DNA of 64,000 nt from the NCBI GenBank assembly GCA_046052765.1, contig JAVLFQ010000052.1. The stretch is one strand, 5' to 3'. The stretch comes from Limnohabitans sp. (GTDB taxonomy: Bacteria; Pseudomonadota; Gammaproteobacteria; Burkholderiales; Burkholderiaceae_C). A program made the position numbers and the translations under genes. Positions 50,691 to 59,259 of this stretch are shown piece after piece; the first letter of the stretch is position 1, and the number at the start of each line of letters is the position of its first letter. The notes under the pieces are model-generated. The model was not told where the DNA came from, made no database searches, and saw only the letters and a program-made list of their open reading frames with translations.

Positions 50691-51383
50691 ATGAAACTTT
50701 TCAATCCAAAGGTACGTATCAGCGCCTTCGCCTACAGTTTTCTTCGTTGTGCATTGTGGGTGTGTTTGCCCTTATGTATGAACGCGCATGCGGACAGTAT
50801 CAGCAGTTTGTCACTTTTCTTGAAGAATGCCCACAGCATGAGAGCCGAATTTGTGCAGTCTGTGACCACGCCAGCCAAAGAAAACCGGCCATCCAAAACC
50901 AAGACTTCGTCAGGGACTTTTGCATTTGTCCGGCCTACTGCTTTCCGTTTCGATTACGCCAAGCCGTTTGTACAAAACATCATTGCCGATGGCCAGCACC
51001 TGTGGTTATATGACGTCGATTTGAATCAGGTCACCCAACGCGTACAAGCACAAGCACTTTCAACCACACCTGCTTCTCTGATTGCCTCAGCCAGTGATGT
51101 GGCTACATTGGAAAAAGAATTTGTTTTACAAGCGCAGCCTGAGGCGGAAGGCTTGCAATGGATTGCTGCTATACCTAAAACGCAGGACGGCAGTTTGCAA
51201 CGCGTGCGCATTGGTTTGCGGCTAGATGGTGAACAAGTTCAATTGGCGCAACTGGATATTCTTGACGCTTTTGGTACGCGTTCATTGATTAAATTTGAGC
51301 GTACAGAAATCAACCCGAAAAACCTGACTTTGGCGCAATTTAATTTCGTGCCACCCAAAGGTGTTGACTTGATCAAACCTTGA
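50691..51383 (+). CDS. lolA: Outer-membrane lipoprotein carrier LolA
   Basis: RPTAFRFDY, ADGQHLWLYDVDLNQVT, FVPPKGVD; position after ftsK. Confidence 0.92.
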   Translation: MKLFNPKVRISAFAYSFLRCALWVCLPLCMNAHADSISSLSLFLKNAHSMRAEFVQSVTTPAKENRPSKTKTSSGTFAFVRPTAFRFDYAKPFVQNIIADGQHLWLYDVDLNQVTQRVQAQALSTTPASLIASASDVATLEKEFVLQAQPEAEGLQWIAAIPKTQDGSLQRVRIGLRLDGEQVQLAQLDILDAFGTRSLIKFERTEINPKNLTLAQFNFVPPKGVDLIKP

Positions 51384-51384
51384 C

Positions 51385-51897
51385 GTGCTGCAAGGCCTGG
51401 CACCGCTGTATGCTGAGCAAACAAGGCTGCTGATATTAGGCAGTTTTCCGGGCGTGGCTTCTTTGGAAAAACAGCAGTATTACGGTCATTCGCGTAACCA
51501 TTTTTGGAAAATTTGCGCTAAGCTATTGACCACTGATCCTGAACCAGTGATGAGTTTGGATTACGCAAGCCGTTGTGATTGGCTGCTGACTCACGGCATT
51601 GGTTTTTGGGATGTGTATGCAGCCTGCGAACGTCAAGGCAGTTTGGACAGCCATATTCGCAATGCACAGCCAAACGATTTGTCTTTGTTATCAGTGGCGT
51701 GTCCTCAATTACAAGCCATTGCACACAATGGAGGTGAGAGTTTCAAGCACGCCAAACACACGCAAACTTTGGGTGTGCCGGTTTACCTTTTACCTTCCAG
51801 CAGTCCGGCCAATGCGACTTGGTCGTTTGAGCGCAAATTGAAAGCTTGGCGAGATGTGTTTATGCAAGCAGGTTTGTCTGTGATAAGTTCGCCCTAG
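51385..51897 (+). CDS. Uracil-DNA glycosylase superfamily protein (family 6, hypoxanthine-DNA glycosylase-like)
   Basis: LILGSFPG...QQYYGHSRNHFW, GSLDSHI, LPSSSPANA. Confidence 0.85.
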   Translation: MLQGLAPLYAEQTRLLILGSFPGVASLEKQQYYGHSRNHFWKICAKLLTTDPEPVMSLDYASRCDWLLTHGIGFWDVYAACERQGSLDSHIRNAQPNDLSLLSVACPQLQAIAHNGGESFKHAKHTQTLGVPVYLLPSSSPANATWSFERKLKAWRDVFMQAGLSVISSP

Positions 51898-51910
51898 TTC
51901 AGACACGACC

Positions 51911-53215
51911 ATGCATACACCTACTCCCATTCCTCATTCACCTTTGGCCGAGCGCTTGCGCCCGCGCAAACTTTCTGAGGTCGTGGGACAGCAGCATATT
52001 TTGGGCGAAGGTATGGCGCTGCGCGTGGCGTTTGAGTCTGGGCAGCCACACAGTTGCTTGTTATGGGGGCCGCCAGGCGTTGGCAAAACCACGATTGCAC
52101 GGTTGATGGCGGATGCGTTTGATGCGCAATTTCTCTCCATCAGCGCGGTATTAGGCGGTATCAAAGAAATACGCGAAGCCGTAGAGATGGCGCAAGCCGC
52201 CAGAGACTCTTTAGAGCAACGACGAACCATTGTGTTTGTCGACGAGGTACACCGTTTCAACAAAAGCCAGCAGGATGCTTTTTTGCCGCATGTGGAGTCC
52301 GGCTTGTTCACCTTCATCGGGGCAACCACGGAGAACCCGTCGTTTGAAGTCAACTCCGCCTTGTTGTCTCGCGCTGCGGTATATGTGTTGCAACCTTTGT
52401 CTGATGCCGACTTGACGCAAATCGTCGAGAAGGCGCGCGCCATCGACGCTGTGCCCGAACTCGAAGACGCAGCGCAGGAGCGCTTGATTGCTTATGCCGA
52501 CGGCGACGCCAGACGTTTGCTCAATACCTTGGAAACATTGGCCGTGGCGGCGCAGCGAGAGCAGTTGCAACGGGTGACCGATGTGTGGCTCATGAAAGTG
52601 TTGGGTGAAGGCATGCGTCGTTATGACAAAGGCGGTGAACAGTTCTACGACACCATCAGTGCCCTACACAAATCAGTGCGTGGCTCCGATCCGGATGCCG
52701 CTTTGTATTGGCTGGTTCGCATGCTTGATGGTGGCGCAGAACCTAAATATATGGCGAGGCGCATGATTCGCATGGCTGTCGAGGACATTGGACTGGCTGA
52801 TCCGCGTGCGTTGCGTTTGGCTTTGGATGCCGCTGAGGTCTACGAACGTTTGGGCTCACCCGAGGGTGAACTCGCTTTGGCTGAATGCGTGGTGTATCTG
52901 GCCATCGCACCTAAATCGAATGCAGTTTATAAAGCATATAACCATGTACGCAAACTCATCAAGTCCGACGGTACAAGGCCTGTGCCCATGCATTTACGCA
53001 ATGCGCCGACACAATTGATGAAGGACTTGGACTACGGGAAAGCGTACAGGTACGCGCATGATGAACCCGATGCATTTGCCGCAGGTGAAAACTACTGGCC
53101 TGACGGCATGAAGCCACCCGTGTTGTATGAACCGGTTGAGCGCGGCATGGAAATCAAGATCGCTGAAAAAATGCGCCTGTTGCGTGACAAAAACACACAA
53201 GCCCCAAAAACTTAA
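51911..53215 (+). CDS. rarA: Replication-associated recombination protein A (MgsA)
   Basis: GPPGVGKTT, DEVHRFNKSQQD, GATTENP, SALHKSVRGS, VPMHLRNAPT. Confidence 0.97.
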   Translation: MHTPTPIPHSPLAERLRPRKLSEVVGQQHILGEGMALRVAFESGQPHSCLLWGPPGVGKTTIARLMADAFDAQFLSISAVLGGIKEIREAVEMAQAARDSLEQRRTIVFVDEVHRFNKSQQDAFLPHVESGLFTFIGATTENPSFEVNSALLSRAAVYVLQPLSDADLTQIVEKARAIDAVPELEDAAQERLIAYADGDARRLLNTLETLAVAAQREQLQRVTDVWLMKVLGEGMRRYDKGGEQFYDTISALHKSVRGSDPDAALYWLVRMLDGGAEPKYMARRMIRMAVEDIGLADPRALRLALDAAEVYERLGSPEGELALAECVVYLAIAPKSNAVYKAYNHVRKLIKSDGTRPVPMHLRNAPTQLMKDLDYGKAYRYAHDEPDAFAAGENYWPDGMKPPVLYEPVERGMEIKIAEKMRLLRDKNTQAPKT

Positions 53216-54243
53216 AGCTTGTCTGCTTCGCTGGTGAACGAATCAGCGAAAAATTCATCGGCAGCTAAACCATGCGCTAAGTAATCACGCTGAGCCGCGT
53301 CAATCACCACCGGTGCGCCGCAGGCATATACCTGATGACCAGACAAATCGGCGTTGTCTTGCAGCACAGCCGCATGCACAAAACCGGTTCTGCCTGTCCA
53401 GTTATCTTCTGGCAATGCGTCGGACACGACGGGTATGTATTGCAGATTCGGCATCTGAGTCAATTGCGCCATGACCCATTCGTTCATATACAAATCTGAA
53501 GGACGGCGACCGCCCCAATACAAACAGGCAGGACGTTGTGTGTTTTTATGTTGCATATGTTCTATCAATGCCTTGATCGGGGCAAAGCCGGTGCCAGACG
53601 CCAGCAATACGATGGGCTTGTTGCTGTCTTCGCGCAGGTAAAAACCACCAAAGGGAGCTTCAATACGTTGAATCTCTTTTTCTTTCATGGCACCGAACAC
53701 ATGGTCGGTGAATTTGCCGCCCGGCATGTGCCGTATGTGTAACTCAATCACCGGGGTACCTGCCACCAAGGTGTGCGGTGCATTGGCGATAGAGTACGCA
53801 CGGCGTGAACCGTCACGCAATAAAAATTCCACATATTGCCCGGCATGGAATTGCATGTTTTCTGTAGAAGGTAATTGCAGTTGTATGCGCATCACGTCAT
53901 GCGACAATTTTTCCAATGATGCAATGCGCACGGGCATTTTGCGAATAGGAAATGCGTCAGCACTGGTGACTTGGCGCGATTCGAGCACCACATCACTTAA
54001 GGCGGTTGCACGGCAGGTCAGCACCATACCTTTGGCCAACTCTTCGTCGCTCAAAGCTTTGCTCTGGTAATTGCCCATTTGAATCTCACCAGAGACTTTC
54101 AAGCATTTGCAAGAACCACAGGCGCCGTCTTTGCAACCGTAAGGTAGTCCCACCCCTTGGCGTATGGCAGATGACAAAATCGTTTCGTTTTCATCTACGC
54201 TGAAAGACCGCCCACTGGGTTGCACTGAAACTTGAAAAGTCAT
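53212..54243 (-). CDS. 2Fe-2S/FAD/NAD(P)H oxidoreductase (CDP-6-deoxy-delta-3,4-glucoseen reductase-like)
   Basis: CKDGACGSC...C ferredoxin, RAYSIA, ASGTGFAP, YACG. Confidence 0.88.
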   Translation of the reverse strand: MTFQVSVQPSGRSFSVDENETILSSAIRQGVGLPYGCKDGACGSCKCLKVSGEIQMGNYQSKALSDEELAKGMVLTCRATALSDVVLESRQVTSADAFPIRKMPVRIASLEKLSHDVMRIQLQLPSTENMQFHAGQYVEFLLRDGSRRAYSIANAPHTLVAGTPVIELHIRHMPGGKFTDHVFGAMKEKEIQRIEAPFGGFYLREDSNKPIVLLASGTGFAPIKALIEHMQHKNTQRPACLYWGGRRPSDLYMNEWVMAQLTQMPNLQYIPVVSDALPEDNWTGRTGFVHAAVLQDNADLSGHQVYACGAPVVIDAAQRDYLAHGLAADEFFADSFTSEADKL

Positions 54244-54286
54244 GCTTGCTATCCTTGGATTTTTATAAACAACGAAAGACTGGATT

Positions 54287-55213
54287 TTGCCCTCAAACCA
54301 AAACCCTCTCGGTGCACTGCCATCGCGCTTTAAAAGACCGCGCATATTGATCGTTGGTTGCGGTGATGTAGGTTTGCGTGCCGCCAATTTATTAAAGAGT
54401 TCAAGCCGTGTTTATGCGTTAACCAGCAACGCATCGCGTATATCAATTTTGCAGCAGCAAGGTATCACGGCTTTGCAAGGCAATCTGGATGAACCGGCCA
54501 GTTTGCGACGGTTGGCAGGTATAGCCACGCACATCATTCACATGGCGCCTCCTCCTTCACAAGGCATCACCGATCAACGCAGTAAAGCCTTGGTGCAAGC
54601 TATGATGCGGCGCTCTTCTCCCTACGCAGTGGTGTATGGCTCAACCAGTGGCGTGTATGGCGACTGCGGCGGCGCATGGATAGATGAAACACAACCATTG
54701 AAGCCGCAAACAGATCGCGCTTACAGACGTGTCGATGCTGAGGCTTGGTTGAACGCCTGGGGCTCGCGGGGTTTTCCGCGTATCAGCGTGTTGCGTATTC
54801 CCGGTATTTATGCGCTGGACCGAGAGGGCGGCACACCGCTCGAACGCTTACACCGTGGCACGCCGGTGCTGCAAGCCAGCGATGATGTGTATACCAACCA
54901 CATCCATGCCGACGATCTGGCGCGTGCGACCGTGCTGTGTGTGTGGCGCGGCAACACCTTGCGGCCTTTGCATGTGAGCGATGACAGCCATATGTTGATG
55001 GGCGATTACATGGACATGGCCGCAGACCTGTGGCAGTTGCCACGCCCACCGCGCATCAACAGGGCGCAAGCGCAAACCGCATTGCCTGCCATGACATTGA
55101 GTTTCATGAGCGAATCCAGACGTATGCACAACCAGCGTTTGAAAAACGAGTTGCGCATGAAGTTGTGCTATCCCACCGTGCGCGAAGGCTTGCAGGGCAA
55201 GCCGGTTTTTTAA
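54287..55213 (+). CDS. NAD-dependent epimerase/SDR (YeeZ-like)
   Basis: GCGDVG, YGSTSGVYGD, LRIPGIY, TNHIHADDLA; TTG start. Confidence 0.88.
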   Translation: MPSNQNPLGALPSRFKRPRILIVGCGDVGLRAANLLKSSSRVYALTSNASRISILQQQGITALQGNLDEPASLRRLAGIATHIIHMAPPPSQGITDQRSKALVQAMMRRSSPYAVVYGSTSGVYGDCGGAWIDETQPLKPQTDRAYRRVDAEAWLNAWGSRGFPRISVLRIPGIYALDREGGTPLERLHRGTPVLQASDDVYTNHIHADDLARATVLCVWRGNTLRPLHVSDDSHMLMGDYMDMAADLWQLPRPPRINRAQAQTALPAMTLSFMSESRRMHNQRLKNELRMKLCYPTVREGLQGKPVF

Positions 55214-56334
55214 CGCATGCCGATTTTGGCGTCGCCAAATATGCCGGTGACTTCGCGCGGCAGGCTGCGCCAATATTGCTGTGTGGCTTGCACCTGACCG
55301 CCAAGCGCGGCGGCAGCTTCCCAACCCCAACGCGGTTTGTATAAAAAGCTGCGACCTAAGGCAATCATGTCTGCGTCCCCAGCTTGCAAAACTTCCTCTG
55401 CGTGTCGTGGTTCGGTGATCAAACCGACAGCAATGGTGGGTAATCCAGTTTCTTGCTTAATGTGTTTGGCGAAATGCACTTGGTAGCCAGGGCCGATGGT
55501 GATTTTTTGCTGCGGAGAGATACCACCGGAAGACACGTGTACAAAGTCTGCACCGGCTTGCTTTAACTGTTTGGTGAAGTCTGTGGTTTGCTCCAAATCC
55601 CAGCCGCCTTCTATCCAATCGCTGGCAGATAAACGCATACCGAGTACGCCGTGAAACACTTTGCGAACGGCATTGAAAACTTGCAAAGGAAAGCGCGCGC
55701 GGTTGGCGAAATTGCCGCCGTAGTTGTCGTTGCGTTGGTTGGCGATGGGCGATAAAAATTCGTGCAACAAATAACCATGCGCACCGTGCAATTCCAGCAT
55801 CTCCAAGCCCATGGCTTGGGCGCGTTGCGCGGCTTTGACAAACGCTTGTTCAATCGCTAGCAAACCGGCGGCATCGATTTCATGCGGCGGCGCTTCGCCA
55901 GGCAACAGGTTGATGGGCGAGGGTGCCAAGGTTTCCCAACCGCCATGCGCTTTGTCTATCAGCATGCCGCCGTTCCAAGGTTGAGCGCTGGAGCCTTTGC
56001 GGCCAGCATGCGCAATTTGCAAGCAAACAGGCACGGGGGGCGCGAGTTTGCGCGCGCGCGCCAAGGTGTCGGCAAGCGCATCAGCGGTCGCATCGTCCCA
56101 GATACCCAAACAATTCGGTGTGATGCGGCCTTGTGCTGTGACTGCAGTGGCTTCGATCATGAACACACCAGCGCCGCTATTGAGCAAATTGGCCCAGTGC
56201 ATCAAATGCCAGTCGTTCGCCTTACCGTCCAAATGACAAGCGTATTGGCACATGGGTGCCACCACGATGCGGTTGGGTAATGTCAACGGGCCGCGTGGAG
56301 ATTGGAGTGTGATGGGGGTGAAGAGAAGGCTCAT
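55210..56334 (-). CDS. NADH:flavin oxidoreductase (Old Yellow Enzyme family)
   Basis: PMCQY, QIAHAGRK, HGAHGYLLHEF, NQRNDNYGG. Confidence 0.94.
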   Translation of the reverse strand: MSLLFTPITLQSPRGPLTLPNRIVVAPMCQYACHLDGKANDWHLMHWANLLNSGAGVFMIEATAVTAQGRITPNCLGIWDDATADALADTLARARKLAPPVPVCLQIAHAGRKGSSAQPWNGGMLIDKAHGGWETLAPSPINLLPGEAPPHEIDAAGLLAIEQAFVKAAQRAQAMGLEMLELHGAHGYLLHEFLSPIANQRNDNYGGNFANRARFPLQVFNAVRKVFHGVLGMRLSASDWIEGGWDLEQTTDFTKQLKQAGADFVHVSSGGISPQQKITIGPGYQVHFAKHIKQETGLPTIAVGLITEPRHAEEVLQAGDADMIALGRSFLYKPRWGWEAAAALGGQVQATQQYWRSLPREVTGIFGDAKIGMR

Positions 56335-56403
56335 AGTGCAATGTGAAGGGTAAATCAAATAACGCCATCTTAAAGCGAGCCAGAAGTGATCACAGACAGA
56401 CAT

Positions 56404-56429
56404 AAAAAAAACGACCCTTGTGGGGTCGT
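56404..56429 (-). terminator. Intrinsic terminator downstream of tRNA-Leu
   Basis: Minus strand ACGACCC-CACAA-GGGTCGT followed by a T tract. Confidence 0.8.
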
Positions 56430-56447
56430 ATTTTCATTGCCATCATC

Positions 56448-56535
56448 TGGTGCCGGAGGCCGGAATCGAACCGGCACGGTGTTTTGCACCGGCAGATTTT
56501 GAATCTGCTGCGTCTACCTATTTCGCCACTTCGGC
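56448..56535 (-). tRNA. tRNA-Leu (CAA)
   Basis: GCCGAAGTGGCGAAATAGGTAGACGCAGCAGATTCAAAATCTGCCGGTGCAAAACACCGTGCCGGTTCGATTCCGGCCTCCGGCACCA: anticodon CAA, long variable arm, TTCGA T-loop, encoded CCA. Confidence 0.96.
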
Positions 56536-56557
56536 TAAAGTGTTGAAGACCTGTATT

Positions 56558-57475
56558 ATGACATATTCAAGAACAAAATTCCCGACCTTGGCTGACGCGA
56601 TCGGTAACACGCCCTTGGTTCGGCTGCAAAGAGTTGAGCAAGCAACGCTTTTACGCCATTCCAATGTGGTTTTGGGTAAATTGGAAGGCAACAATCCGGC
56701 CGGATCGGTCAAAGACCGTCCCGCCCTTTCGATGATTGCAAGAGCCGAGGAGCGAGGAGACATCCAACCCGGCGAGACACTCATTGAGGCGACATCGGGT
56801 AACACGGGTATCGCCTTGGCCATGGCCGCGGCCATCAAAGGTTACCACTTGATTTTGATCATGCCTGAGGACTTGTCCATTGAACGCGCACAGACCATGA
56901 AGGCTTTTGGGGCTCAACTGATCTTGACGCCTAAAACAGGGGGCATGGAGCACGCCAGGGATTTGGCTTTGAGGATGCAGTCAGAGGGACGGGGAAGGGT
57001 TTTGGATCAATTTGGCAATCCTGACAACCCCAGGATCCATTATGAAACAACCGGGCCAGAGATCTGGAGAGACACGCATGGAGAGGTCACTCATTTTGTG
57101 AGCGCCATGGGCACGACGGGCACCATCACAGGCGTTTCAAGGTATTTAAAAGAACAAAATCCCCAAGTAAAAATCATTGGTGTACAACCTTCTGAGGGCT
57201 CGAGAATTCCTGGGATTCGAAAATGGTCCAAGGAGTATGTGCCCTCCATCTATGATCCAAGCCACGTGGACGAGTTGGTGTATGTGAGCCAAAGCGACGC
57301 TGAACAGATGTGTAGACGCCTGGCCAAGGAGGAGGGCTTGTTTGCCGGTGTGTCGGCCGCAGGTGCGTGCTGGGCTGCTCTGGAAATTGCAAAGAAAGTT
57401 CACCATGCCACGGTGGTTTTCATCGTCTGTGATCGAGGAGATCGCTACTTGTCTACGGGGGTCTTTCCCGCATGA
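56558..57475 (+). CDS. cysM: Cysteine synthase B
   Basis: IGNTPLV, NPAGSVKDR (PLP lysine), MGTTGT, IPGIRKW; start trimmed to 56558 so it does not overlap the tRNA. Confidence 0.95.
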   Translation: MTYSRTKFPTLADAIGNTPLVRLQRVEQATLLRHSNVVLGKLEGNNPAGSVKDRPALSMIARAEERGDIQPGETLIEATSGNTGIALAMAAAIKGYHLILIMPEDLSIERAQTMKAFGAQLILTPKTGGMEHARDLALRMQSEGRGRVLDQFGNPDNPRIHYETTGPEIWRDTHGEVTHFVSAMGTTGTITGVSRYLKEQNPQVKIIGVQPSEGSRIPGIRKWSKEYVPSIYDPSHVDELVYVSQSDAEQMCRRLAKEEGLFAGVSAAGACWAALEIAKKVHHATVVFIVCDRGDRYLSTGVFPA

Positions 57476-58008
57476 GTGATTACACCTACTGTCCCATGTG
57501 CAAAGAAGCCTTGTCCCTGATCGCTCGGCAAGAGGATGGACTGGCGGTCACGCGCCTCAGATGCAAAGCGTGTGAGTGGACCCATTGGAACAATCCAACG
57601 CCCGTGTTGGCGGCGATTGTGCAGTGGGAGGGGAAAATTTTGCTCGCAAGAAATGCCGCTTGGGCCCAAAGGCGCTTTGCTTTGATCACGGGCTTCATGG
57701 AAGCCCACGAGACGCCCGAGGGCGGTATCACCAGGGAGATCAAGGAGGAGACCCATCTAGAGGTGCAAGATTTGAGTTTGGTTGGGGTCTATGACTTTCA
57801 AAAGAAAAATCAAGTGCTGATCGTTTATCATGCGCACACACAAGGTGTGATTCAACTCAGTGAAGAGTTGCTGGAGTACAAACTCTACGAGCCTCATGAG
57901 ATCGTTTGTTGGCCCTCAGGCACGGGTTATGCTGTTGCGGATTGGCAAAGGAAAAGAGGCATAGAGCCCGTTTTTAAAGCCTGGGAAGATCGCAGCGAGA
58001 ACGAATGA
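57472..58008 (+). CDS. Zinc-ribbon NUDIX hydrolase
   Basis: YCPMC...CKAC ribbon; TGFMEAHETPEGGITREIKEET Nudix box. Confidence 0.9.
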   Translation: MSDYTYCPMCKEALSLIARQEDGLAVTRLRCKACEWTHWNNPTPVLAAIVQWEGKILLARNAAWAQRRFALITGFMEAHETPEGGITREIKEETHLEVQDLSLVGVYDFQKKNQVLIVYHAHTQGVIQLSEELLEYKLYEPHEIVCWPSGTGYAVADWQRKRGIEPVFKAWEDRSENE

Positions 58009-58048
58009 AACACATCTTCAATGAAATGACCAACCAAACATCATCATC

Positions 58049-58276
58049 ATGCACGTTCACCAAGAATTAGATACATCTGGGCTCAATTGCCCTTTGCCTA
58101 TTTTGAAAACCAAAAAAGCCCTCTCCAGCATGCAAAGTGGAGAGATTTTGAGGGTGCGCTCAACGGACCCAGGTGCGAGCAGAGATTTCCAGGCCTTTGC
58201 CAAGCAAACGGGGCATGTGCTTCTCGAGAATTCGGCGAGTGGTCAAGAGTTTGTCTTTGTCTTGCAAAGAAAATGA
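58049..58276 (+). CDS. tusA: TusA/SirA-family sulfur carrier
   Basis: LDTSGLNCPLP motif; TDPG. Confidence 0.9.
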   Translation: MHVHQELDTSGLNCPLPILKTKKALSSMQSGEILRVRSTDPGASRDFQAFAKQTGHVLLENSASGQEFVFVLQRK

Positions 58277-58292
58277 GCCTCAAGCCTGGACT

Positions 58293-59183
58293 TCAAACAG
58301 AAGTCTTGAACGCATTCAAATATGCTTTGAAGTCTTGAGCCACCTCGGGGTGTTTCAAGGCCAACTCCACGGTGGCTTGAAGAAAGCCTAACTTAGAGCC
58401 ACAGTCAAATCGCTTGCCTTGGTAGTTGTAAGCAATCACGCCCTCGTGCTTTAACAATTCAGAAATGCCATCGGTCAGTTGAATTTCTCCAAGCGCCCCT
58501 TTGCCTGCGGTTTTGATCCGGTCAAAGATATGCGGGCTCAAAATGTAGCGCCCAGCCACGGCCAGTCGTGAATCGGTTTGTTCGGCTCTGGGCTTCTCTA
58601 CGATGCGTTTGACTTGCGTTTTGCCTTCGCCAAGCGCGTCACCAGAGACGATGCCATAGCGGTGCACTTGTTCACTTGGAACCTCTTGCACAGCCAAAAT
58701 GGACTGCTGGGTTTCAAAAAAGACCTCTGCCATTTGGGTCAAGATGCCTTTGCCGTTCTCAAGCCCAATCATCAAGTCATCGGCCAATAAAACAGCAAAG
58801 GGCTCATGGCCCACCAGCTTTTCTGCGCAAAGCACAGCGTGTCCAAGACCCAACGCACGGGGTTGACGGATGTAAGAGCAAAGCATGTCAGAGGGTTGAA
58901 CGTCTCTGATCAAGGACAAGAGAGATGCTTTGCCGGCCATTTCAAGTTCATTTTCCAATTCGTAAGCCGTGTCAAAGTGATCTTCAATGGCACGCTTACT
59001 TCTTCCGGTGACAAAGATCATGTGCCGAATGCCCGCCTCATACGCTTCTTCGACCGCGTATTGAATGAGGGGCTTGTCAACAATGGGCAGCATTTCTTTG
59101 GGTTGTGCTTTGGTGGCAGGCAAGAATCGCGTTCCCAAGCCTGCAACGGGAAACACAGCTTTGGTTAAGGTGGAAGGGTTCAA
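58293..59183 (-). CDS. galU: UTP--glucose-1-phosphate uridylyltransferase
   Basis: AVFPVAGLGTRFLPATKAQPKEMLP, VEKP, GEIQLTD, DCGSKLG. Confidence 0.97.
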   Translation of the reverse strand: MNPSTLTKAVFPVAGLGTRFLPATKAQPKEMLPIVDKPLIQYAVEEAYEAGIRHMIFVTGRSKRAIEDHFDTAYELENELEMAGKASLLSLIRDVQPSDMLCSYIRQPRALGLGHAVLCAEKLVGHEPFAVLLADDLMIGLENGKGILTQMAEVFFETQQSILAVQEVPSEQVHRYGIVSGDALGEGKTQVKRIVEKPRAEQTDSRLAVAGRYILSPHIFDRIKTAGKGALGEIQLTDGISELLKHEGVIAYNYQGKRFDCGSKLGFLQATVELALKHPEVAQDFKAYLNAFKTSV

Positions 59184-59259
59184 AGTTTTTGCTCCAAAGT
59201 AATTGATTCATCAAAGCGACGCATCAAGGCTATTCATCAAGCCTATACATCAAGGCGAT

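Noticed and set aside
56420-56557. 46-aa N-terminal extension of the cysM ORF
   Set aside because: It is the antisense reading of tRNA-Leu; cysteine synthase homology starts near 56558.
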